DNA of 64,000 bases from a virus. Of this stretch, positions 28,881-36,432 are shown one piece after another; position 1 is the stretch's first letter, and every line of letters begins with the position of its first letter. The stretch is from positions 43,343 to 107,342 of IMG/VR virus record IMGVR_UViG_3300037502_002729; one strand, given 5' to 3'. The notes under the pieces are model-generated. The model was given only the letters and a program-made list of their open reading frames with translations. It was not told the origin of the DNA and searched no databases. The translations under genes and the position numbers were made by a program.

Positions 28881-28912
28881 AAAGGGTTGCAAGGTTTTGC
28901 AACCCTTTTTTT
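28881..28912 (+). terminator. Intrinsic terminator after the capsid gene (a second inverted repeat lies at 28829-28870)
   Basis: AAAGGGTTGCAA-ggtt-TTGCAACCCTTTTTTT. Confidence 0.85.
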
Positions 28913-28995
28913 AATATCTTTTCCCATAGAGGTGAATATAGTTTATATATTATAGAAAAAAACATAATAGTTTTATATTTATAAATAAAAAAATT

Positions 28996-29349
28996 ATGGA
29001 AAACAAGCCATCATTTATAAATGAGGATCTTGCTGTTTGGTTTGGGACAAAGAAGAAACCAAAAGGTAGCAACCAACCCAAAGGACCCTGGGTTAATATA
29101 TGTAGAAAAGATTCAAGTGGTAAACATCCGCCTTGTGGAAGGGAGTCAGATAGTAAAGGGGGTTATCCAAAATGTAGAGCAGCAGGTGTTGCTGGAAAGA
29201 TGAGTGATGCAGAAAAAAAAGCTGCCTGTGCCAAAAAGAGGAGTGCTGAAAAAAAGAACCCAAAATCTGGAACAGGCAACAAACCAACAATGGTTTCAAA
29301 TGAAAGTATTGAAAGAATTATTTTAAAAGTTCTAAAAGATTTTCAGTAG
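28996..29349 (+). CDS. Small basic Cys-containing protein (possible internal head protein)
   Basis: INE-DL..WF...PCGR...YPKCR; lysine-rich. Confidence 0.75.
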   Translation: MENKPSFINEDLAVWFGTKKKPKGSNQPKGPWVNICRKDSSGKHPPCGRESDSKGGYPKCRAAGVAGKMSDAEKKAACAKKRSAEKKNPKSGTGNKPTMVSNESIERIILKVLKDFQ

Positions 29350-30217
29350 AACTATTAATAGTTTCTAAAATACATGAATTTGCAAAAGAACAATTTGCTA
29401 TCTGTTCATTTTCATATTTTCCATTTTTTTTGAGTTTTCTTTTTGTAATATCTCTCATTGACATAGAGTAAATACAAGTAGTTGATTCAATCCCATTTTC
29501 AATTTCTGTCAATAAGAATGAAATATAAGTGTATTGTTTTGGGCAAACATATATCTCAATATTTATTTCACTATTCAATGGAATACTTGAGAAGTCTAAT
29601 TTTTTAAAAACAAATTCATTGCCATCTCTATATACAAAAATTTTTGTTTTACTAATTTCATATTTAGATTCAAGTATAGTCACTTTTTCATTAAAAGCAT
29701 ATCCTATCTCTAATAATAGGATTATATGTATCATTTGTTGAACAGTAATGGTTTTTACAACTTTTGGAGTACTATATGTCTTAAATATTTGTGTTAAATT
29801 TTTAGTTAAAATGCAATTATATAAATCTTGAAAAATAGGATCAATCTTGTTTAAAAAGTAAAAAAGGGGGTATTTTATATTTGAATCCATAGTTTTAAAA
29901 AGAGTAGCATTATCATAAATGTTTGGTAAATGCATATCACTTCTTGCATTAAGGTAATTTTTTGCCTCAATAATATATATTATATTATTTAGAATAGAAA
30001 TATAATCACCTCTTATTGCAGATGCTATACGACTATTAGGCATTATGGTTTTTGTAGTATTTTTAAATTGTTTGTGGAAAGATTTTCTTATCTTAGTAAT
30101 ACCATCTTTTGAATCAAAATTAGTGATTTCATCATCACTTAATCCATTAGTATTCTGCAAGTAATTTAAGATTTCTTTTTGGTTAACTTTCCAAGGAATA
30201 TTTTTACTTTTACCCAT
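29318..30217 (-). CDS. Hypothetical protein, possible PD-(D/E)xK nuclease
   Basis: RGDYIS...IIEAKNY. Preceded by a TATCTTTG -7 box at 30236-30243. Confidence 0.55.
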   Translation of the reverse strand: MGKSKNIPWKVNQKEILNYLQNTNGLSDDEITNFDSKDGITKIRKSFHKQFKNTTKTIMPNSRIASAIRGDYISILNNIIYIIEAKNYLNARSDMHLPNIYDNATLFKTMDSNIKYPLFYFLNKIDPIFQDLYNCILTKNLTQIFKTYSTPKVVKTITVQQMIHIILLLEIGYAFNEKVTILESKYEISKTKIFVYRDGNEFVFKKLDFSSIPLNSEINIEIYVCPKQYTYISFLLTEIENGIESTTCIYSMSMRDITKRKLKKNGKYENEQIANCSFANSCILETINSSTENLLELLK

Positions 30218-30302
30218 TTTATTTTCTTGTTTATGCAAAGATATAAAAAAAATAATTAAATACAAAAAAAATATCACTTATTTAAGTGATATTTTTTAAA
30301 CA

Positions 30303-30680
30303 TTAAAAACTTTCAACCTTCACTAAGAAATTTTCTTTTAGGTAATTTGATAAATCATAGAATATATCAAATTTTGATGCCATCTTGTCATCAAAAGCCT
30401 TCACTATTTCCAAATGCGTGTTTTGGTGGGAAATAAAAAATTTAAACACCTCATATTCATATATGATACAAACATCTCTATCAATAATATTGATATAAAT
30501 GTTATCCTCCTCAAGATATACCAATCTTTCTGGGGATTTTGATGAATATGCTAATTTTGCATCAGGATGATTAATTAGTTTAAGACATATATTCTTGCAA
30601 CGTATGTCATCTTCTGATGGATCAACCATTGCTAAAATATTTTGCTTAAATGAAGCAATCAAATCATTTAATAGTTTCAT
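30303..30680 (-). CDS. Hypothetical protein (host-sigma promoter upstream)
   Basis: ORF with TTTG-N19-TATATTTG upstream. Confidence 0.75.
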   Translation of the reverse strand: MKLLNDLIASFKQNILAMVDPSEDDIRCKNICLKLINHPDAKLAYSSKSPERLVYLEEDNIYINIIDRDVCIIYEYEVFKFFISHQNTHLEIVKAFDDKMASKFDIFYDLSNYLKENFLVKVESF

Positions 30681-30701
30681 AGTTTTTATTTTGTTTCACT
30701 G

Positions 30702-30732
30702 CAAATATACAACAAAATTTCATAAAAACAAA
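30702..30732 (-). promoter_or_regulatory. Bacteroidota -33/-7 promoter
   Basis: TTTG at 30732-30729, 19-nt spacer, TATATTTG at 30709-30702. Confidence 0.6.
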
Positions 30733-31155
30733 TCACTCTTTCTTCCACTTTCCACCTAATTGCTTATAACGTTTTGCTGCTGCACCATTGCAATATGCAC
30801 TAGGACATACCTTATATCTTGATTTTGCCCAACTTAAACATTGACTCCATAATTTTGGATTTTTGGGTTTGTTCTTTTTGGCTTTAGCTTCTGTTAAATT
30901 TTGGTCATCATTCTCATTGAATTCATTCATCATAAAATCAAATACTTGATCCATATTTTCTTTTGCAACACTAATGTGGTCATCAGCCCAATCATGCCCA
31001 TTTTTTATTAACTCATTCACCTCATCTGGTTGCAGTTCAAGCAATAATTCACATTGTCTTTTTATTTGTTTTAAATTACCAAAGAACATATAGTTTTCAG
31101 TTGCTTGTTCCTTTATGGCAGTTTCAATAATTCTTTTAATTCTTGGATTAATCAT
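30733..31155 (-). CDS. Hypothetical protein with C-terminal PSAY..G...YK..GG.W domain (DUF5872-like)
   Basis: KPKNPKLW...PSAYCNGAAAKRYKQLGGKW. Confidence 0.6.
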   Translation of the reverse strand: MINPRIKRIIETAIKEQATENYMFFGNLKQIKRQCELLLELQPDEVNELIKNGHDWADDHISVAKENMDQVFDFMMNEFNENDDQNLTEAKAKKNKPKNPKLWSQCLSWAKSRYKVCPSAYCNGAAAKRYKQLGGKWKKE

Positions 31156-31311
31156 ATTAATTTTTATTTATAAATATCATTAAGGTCTATTTTGATTAAG
31201 GCTTCCATATTTTGATTTTAAGATACTTTTTGTTTTAGCCTATTACTATGTCATATTTATTAAAATCTATTGTCTTGGTTAAATTGTATGTGGTTAAATG
31301 GGATTTAATGA

Positions 31312-31851
31312 CTATATCTTAATTATTCCTTTTATATATCCAGGTTTAACCATTTCTCTTAATTCATCATTAGAAAAATTGCCTAAACTATCCTCAGTAC
31401 TTATATTTAAGTAGCGATTAACTATTAACCCTTTTGGTAACTTATTTATTGGTGTATTCATTATTCCTAACCAACCATCAATGACTAGCCCTTCTGGTAG
31501 TGAAGTTATTTTTGTATTATGTAAATACAAAGAATTACCAATTTTAATATCATGTGGTATGTTTTTTATGTTGGAGTGGGATAAATACAAACTACCACCA
31601 ACTTTCAACCCTTTTGGCAATTCTTCTATTTTTGAAAATCTAGTCTGCATATCACCTTTAACTTCCAAATTATCTGGCAATGATTTTAATGTTGAATCTG
31701 TTAAATCCAAATCACCATTAACAACTAAATCATCTTTTGTTAGGGGTTCATTAAATTTTAATTTCCAAATAAAGTTATCTCTATCTTTATGTTTTTTCTT
31801 TTCTTTCTTCTCAAAAAAATCAAATATTTTTCTTATTGTTTCTTTTTCCAT
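31312..31851 (-). CDS. LRR-like repeat family paralog 18 (array 3; 5 modules)
   Basis: Same architecture; first ~100 codons are near-identical to 33054-33650. Confidence 0.9.
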   Translation of the reverse strand: MEKETIRKIFDFFEKKEKKKHKDRDNFIWKLKFNEPLTKDDLVVNGDLDLTDSTLKSLPDNLEVKGDMQTRFSKIEELPKGLKVGGSLYLSHSNIKNIPHDIKIGNSLYLHNTKITSLPEGLVIDGWLGIMNTPINKLPKGLIVNRYLNISTEDSLGNFSNDELREMVKPGYIKGIIKI

Positions 31852-32471
31852 TATCTAAATATTTTACCTTCAAATTTTCCCCCATTTAAATTTTTATTAC
31901 TTCTTATTTCTTCATCTGTATATTTTTTGGCAAGGGGGGTGTTTCTTATGCCTATATCTCGTCTAACATATAAATTATTTGGAAAATCTTCTATTTGTGT
32001 AGAAATAATACCAAAATTACCTCCAACGTATAAATTATCTGGAAGTTCTTTTATTTTTACACAATCAGATAAATTTAAACTACCCCCAACATATAATTCA
32101 CTTGGGAGTTTTATTAATTCTTCACAAGAATCCAAATCTAAATAATCATCCACATATATTTTATCTGGGAGTTTTGTTATATTTAAACCTGCTAAATCTG
32201 CCCAACCTTCAACACGTAAATCACCTGAAAGTTCTTTTAAATTTTTACAATCTTTCACCATCAAATAACCCTTAACATTAAATTTATTTGGTAATTTTTT
32301 TATAGGCATTTCGTATAAATACAAATTATCATTATGTGTAAATTGAACATCATCAGGATAATTTTCTAGGTCATACATTAGGTTAAGTTTTCTTAACTTA
32401 ATATAGGAGGGGACTTTATTTTCTTTCTTTTTAATAAAATCAAGTATCTTTTTTATTGTTTTTATTTCCAT
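31851..32471 (-). CDS. LRR-like repeat family paralog 17 (array 3; divergent, Cys-containing modules)
   Basis: MEIKTIKKILDF N-cap; LPSELYVGGSLNLSDC modules. Confidence 0.85.
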   Translation of the reverse strand: MEIKTIKKILDFIKKKENKVPSYIKLRKLNLMYDLENYPDDVQFTHNDNLYLYEMPIKKLPNKFNVKGYLMVKDCKNLKELSGDLRVEGWADLAGLNITKLPDKIYVDDYLDLDSCEELIKLPSELYVGGSLNLSDCVKIKELPDNLYVGGNFGIISTQIEDFPNNLYVRRDIGIRNTPLAKKYTDEEIRSNKNLNGGKFEGKIFR

Positions 32472-32475
32472 CTTC

Positions 32476-33054
32476 TTAATATATGCTCCCATTTATGTAT
32501 CCAGGATGAATCATTTTTGCAATTTCATCATCATCAAGTTTATATATGGATGTTCCATAAACATGTAAATCTCCACCAACTATTAAGCCTTTTGGTAAGG
32601 ACTTTAAGTTTTTACAATTTCTTAAATTTAAATCACCACCAACTTCTAATCCTTCTGGCAATGATTCTATTTTTGAATGTTTTAAAACTAAATTATAATC
32701 AACTTTCAAACCTTTTGGTAATTTAGTTATTTCTGTACCACCTAAATCCAAACCTTCAACTTCCAAATCCTCTGGTAATGATTTTATTCTTGAACTAGCT
32801 AAAAATAAACCCCTAACTTTCAATCCTTTTGGCAATGAAGTTATGCTTGATTCATAAAGGTATAAATTACCATCAACATTTAACCCTTCTGGTAATGAGG
32901 TAATTTCTATTCTTTCTAAATCCAAATCACCTTTAACATTTAATTCTTCTTTGGTTAATGGGATATTATTTAATAATTTCCATTTAAATGGTGCATTATG
33001 CCCTTCCTTCTCTTCAAGGAACTCAAATATTCTTTTTAATTGTTCTTTTTCCAT
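32476..33054 (-). CDS. LRR-like repeat family paralog 16 (array 3; 6 modules, two shortened)
   Basis: Same architecture. Confidence 0.9.
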   Translation of the reverse strand: MEKEQLKRIFEFLEEKEGHNAPFKWKLLNNIPLTKEELNVKGDLDLERIEITSLPEGLNVDGNLYLYESSITSLPKGLKVRGLFLASSRIKSLPEDLEVEGLDLGGTEITKLPKGLKVDYNLVLKHSKIESLPEGLEVGGDLNLRNCKNLKSLPKGLIVGGDLHVYGTSIYKLDDDEIAKMIHPGYINGSIY

Positions 33055-33650
33055 TATCTTATTATGTCTCCTTTTATAAATCCAGGTTTAATCATTTCTC
33101 TTAATTCATTATTTGTGTATTCTAATAATGCTGTATTTTTAATAATCAACTCACCTTTAACTTCTAACCCTTTTGGTAATGAAGTTATTTTTGAACGCTG
33201 TAAATGCAAAATATCACCAACTTTCAACCCTTCTGGTAATGATTCTATATCTGCAAAAACTAAACTTAAACTACCACCAACTTTCAATCCTTTTGGTAGT
33301 GAAGTTATTTTTGTATTGTGTAAATACAAAGAATTACCAATTTTAATATCATCTGGTATGTTTTTTATCCTAGAGTAGGATAAATCCAAAGTACCACCAA
33401 CTTTCAAGCCTTTTGGTAATTCTTCTATTCTTGAAAATCTAGTAAGCATACCACCTTTAACTTCCAAATTATCTGGCAATGATTTTAATGTTGAATCTGT
33501 TAAATCCAAATCACCATTAACAACTAAATCTTCTTTGGTTAGGGGTTCATTAAACTTTAATTTCCAAATAAAGTTATCTCTATCTTTATGTTTTTTCCCT
33601 TCCTTTTCTTCAAGGAATTCAAATATTCTTTTTAATTGTTCTTTTTCCAT
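33054..33650 (-). CDS. LRR-like repeat family paralog 15 (array 3; 6 modules)
   Basis: Same architecture. Confidence 0.9.
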   Translation of the reverse strand: MEKEQLKRIFEFLEEKEGKKHKDRDNFIWKLKFNEPLTKEDLVVNGDLDLTDSTLKSLPDNLEVKGGMLTRFSRIEELPKGLKVGGTLDLSYSRIKNIPDDIKIGNSLYLHNTKITSLPKGLKVGGSLSLVFADIESLPEGLKVGDILHLQRSKITSLPKGLEVKGELIIKNTALLEYTNNELREMIKPGFIKGDIIR

Positions 33651-34057
33651 TATTTAAATATTTTTCCTTTTATAAAGCCAGGTTTAATCATTTCCTTTAT
33701 TTCATCCTTTGAGTAATGTATTAATGGAGTTCTATTAATAATAATATCCCCCCCAACTTTCAATCCTTTTGGTAAATCTTTGATGAATTTACAACTATCC
33801 AAAAACAAATCACCCTTAACTTCCAATCCATCTGGCAATGAGGATATAGTTGAAAATAGCAAATCCAAATCACCCCCAACTTTCAACCCTTCTGGTAATG
33901 AGTTTATTTCAATAGACCTTAAATCTAAATCACCTTTAACATTTAAATCTTCTTTGGTTAATGGGATATTATTAAATAATTTCCATTTAAATGGTGCATT
34001 ATGCCCTTCCTTTTCTTCAAGAAACTCAAATATTCTTTTTAATGCTTCTTTTTCCAT
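33650..34057 (-). CDS. LRR-like repeat family paralog 14 (array 3; 3 modules)
   Basis: Same architecture. Confidence 0.9.
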   Translation of the reverse strand: MEKEALKRIFEFLEEKEGHNAPFKWKLFNNIPLTKEDLNVKGDLDLRSIEINSLPEGLKVGGDLDLLFSTISSLPDGLEVKGDLFLDSCKFIKDLPKGLKVGGDIIINRTPLIHYSKDEIKEMIKPGFIKGKIFK

Positions 34058-34521
34058 TATCTAAATATTATTCCTTTTATAAACCCAGGTTCAATCATTT
34101 CCCTTAATTCTTCATCTGTGTATTCTAATAATGCTGTCTTTTTAATATATAAATTAGCACCAACTTCCAATCCTTTTGGTAAGGAGGTTATTTTTGTATT
34201 TATTAAATCCAACCAAAACCTAACTTTCAAGCCTTTTGGTAATGAGGTTATTTTTGTATTATATAAATTCAAATAACCACCAACTTTCAAATCTTCTGGT
34301 AATGAGGTTATATTTGTATCTCTTAAACTCAAAAACCCACTAACTTTCAATCCTTCTGGTAATGATGTTATATTTGTTTTATTTAAAAATAAACTACCTT
34401 TAATATTTAAATCACCTTCTGTTAATGGTATATTATTAAATAATTTCCATTTAAATGGTGCTCTATTCTCTCCTTTCTCTTCAAGGAATTCAAATATCCT
34501 TTTTAGTTTTTCTTTTTCCAT
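34057..34521 (-). CDS. LRR-like repeat family paralog 13 (array 3; 4 modules)
   Basis: Same architecture. Confidence 0.9.
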   Translation of the reverse strand: MEKEKLKRIFEFLEEKGENRAPFKWKLFNNIPLTEGDLNIKGSLFLNKTNITSLPEGLKVSGFLSLRDTNITSLPEDLKVGGYLNLYNTKITSLPKGLKVRFWLDLINTKITSLPKGLEVGANLYIKKTALLEYTDEELREMIEPGFIKGIIFR

Positions 34522-34919
34522 TATCTTATTATGTCTCCTTTTATAAATCCAGGCTTTATCATATCTCTTAATTCTTCATTAGTATAATCTTCTAATGGAG
34601 TATTTCTAATAAATAAACTACGCCCAACTTTCAAACCTTTTGGTAATAAGGTTATTTTTGTATTATATAGACTTAAATCATCACCAACTTTCAATCCTTC
34701 TGGCAGTGAAGTTATACTTGAGTTGTCTAAATACAAAGTACCCTTAACTTCCAATCCATTTGGCAATGATGTTATATTTGATAATTGCAAATCACCATTA
34801 ATTTCCAAATCTTCTTTTCTTAATGGCATATTAGTTTTCAACTTCCACACAAGTGGTTGGTTAAGATTTTCCTTTGTTTTAAGGAACTCAAATATTCTTT
34901 TTATTTTTTCTTTTTCCAT
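34521..34919 (-). CDS. LRR-like repeat family paralog 12 (array 3; 3 modules)
   Basis: Same architecture. Confidence 0.9.
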   Translation of the reverse strand: MEKEKIKRIFEFLKTKENLNQPLVWKLKTNMPLRKEDLEINGDLQLSNITSLPNGLEVKGTLYLDNSSITSLPEGLKVGDDLSLYNTKITLLPKGLKVGRSLFIRNTPLEDYTNEELRDMIKPGFIKGDIIR

Positions 34920-35623
34920 TATCTAAATATTTCTCCTTCTATATATCCAGGTTTTACCATTTCTCTTAATTGGTCATCTGTGTATTTTCTTAATATGCTT
35001 TTTTCTATATATAATTTTCCATAAACTTTCAAACCTTTTGGCAATGAGGTTATATTTGTATCTCTTAAATACAAACCTCCACCAACTTCCAATCCATTTG
35101 GCAATGAGGTTATATTTGTATGTGATAAAGTCAAATAACCACCAACTTTCAATCCTTCTGGCAATGAGGTTATTTTTGAACTGGTTAAACCCAAATTACC
35201 ATTAACTTTCAATCTTTCTGGCAATGAGGTTATTTTTGTATTCTCTATATGCAAAGAACCCCCAACTTTCAAACCTTTTGGTAGTGAGTTTATATCCGCA
35301 TATGATAAATTCAAAGAACCACCAACTTGTAAATCATCTGGTAATGAGATTATTTTTGAAAAGGTTAACATCAAATCACCATCAACTTTTAAACCTTCTG
35401 GTAATGAGGTTATGTTTGAATTAGTTAAATATAAATCACCACCAACTTTCAAACCTTCTGGCAATGAGGTTATATTTGCGTGTCTTAAACTCAAATCACC
35501 TTTAACATTTAAATCTTCTTTTGCTATTGGCATAGCCAATTTAATCTTAACTGGTAATGGTATAATGTGTTCTCCTTTCTCTTCAAGAAACTCAAATATT
35601 CTTTTTAGTTTTTCTTTTTCCAT
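34919..35623 (-). CDS. LRR-like repeat family paralog 11 (array 3; 8 modules)
   Basis: Exact 60-bp periodicity is visible at 35041-35500. Confidence 0.9.
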   Translation of the reverse strand: MEKEKLKRIFEFLEEKGEHIIPLPVKIKLAMPIAKEDLNVKGDLSLRHANITSLPEGLKVGGDLYLTNSNITSLPEGLKVDGDLMLTFSKIISLPDDLQVGGSLNLSYADINSLPKGLKVGGSLHIENTKITSLPERLKVNGNLGLTSSKITSLPEGLKVGGYLTLSHTNITSLPNGLEVGGGLYLRDTNITSLPKGLKVYGKLYIEKSILRKYTDDQLREMVKPGYIEGEIFR

Positions 35624-36027
35624 TATCTATATATTTCTCCTTTTATAAATCCAGGTTTAATCATTTCCCTTAATTCTTCAGCTGAATATTTTATTAATGC
35701 ACTATCATCAATATATAAATTTCTTCCAACTTCCAATCCTTTTGGTAAAAACTTTATATCTGTTTCAATTAAATCCAAATGACCACCAACTTTTAGTCCT
35801 TCTGGTAAATACTCTATAAATGTATAGGCTAAATCAAGCCAACCACTAACTTGCAATCCTTCTGGTAAGGTTTCAACTCCTGTATTACTTAAATCCAAAT
35901 CACCTTTAACATTTAAATCACCTTCTGTTAATGGTATATCATTTTTATACTTCCATAAGAATGGTGCATTATGTTCTTCCTTCTCTTCAAGGAATTCAAA
36001 TATTCTTTTTAGTGCTTCTTTTTCCAT
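35623..36027 (-). CDS. LRR-like repeat family paralog 10 (array 3; 3 modules)
   Basis: Same architecture. Confidence 0.9.
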   Translation of the reverse strand: MEKEALKRIFEFLEEKEEHNAPFLWKYKNDIPLTEGDLNVKGDLDLSNTGVETLPEGLQVSGWLDLAYTFIEYLPEGLKVGGHLDLIETDIKFLPKGLEVGRNLYIDDSALIKYSAEELREMIKPGFIKGEIYR

Positions 36028-36030
36028 TAT

Positions 36031-36432
36031 CTAATATATATTTCCATTTATATAACCAGGTTTTATCATTTCTCTTAATTCATCATTTAAAAGTTTTGTT
36101 AATTCTGTTCCTCCAAGAAATAAATCACCCTCTACTTTTAAACCTTTTGGTAGTGAGGTTATTTTTGTATTAGCCAAAGACAAATCACCACCAACTTTCA
36201 AGTCTTTTGGTAATGAGGTTATATTTGTATTTCTTAAAATCAAAAAACCACTAACTTTCAACCCTTCTGGTAATGAAGTTATATTTGATTGAAACAAATT
36301 CAAATTGCCTTTAACATTTAAATCATCTTCTGTTAATGGTATATTATTTTTAAATTTCCATAAAAATGGTGTTCTATGCTCACCCTCCTCTTCAAGGAAC
36401 TCAAATATTCTTTTTAATGTTTCTTTTTCCAT
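36031..36432 (-). CDS. LRR-like repeat family paralog 9 (array 3; 3 modules)
   Basis: Same architecture; TAATG-coupled to the upstream 501-aa gene. Confidence 0.9.
   Translation of the reverse strand: MEKETLKRIFEFLEEEGEHRTPFLWKFKNNIPLTEDDLNVKGNLNLFQSNITSLPEGLKVSGFLILRNTNITSLPKDLKVGGDLSLANTKITSLPKGLKVEGDLFLGGTELTKLLNDELREMIKPGYINGNIY

Noticed and set aside
31180-31310. Possible structured element in the gap downstream of array 3
   Set aside because: No convincing hairpin, repeat or ORF could be established by eye.
35041-35500. CRISPR array (conserved repeat plus variable spacer at a 60-bp period)
   Set aside because: The units are in-frame protein modules with degenerate repeats, and no cas genes are present.
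21992-36432. Diversity-generating retroelement as the source of LRR variability
   Set aside because: There is no reverse transcriptase or non-coding template repeat in the window. Differences between near-identical copies are not restricted to adenines.
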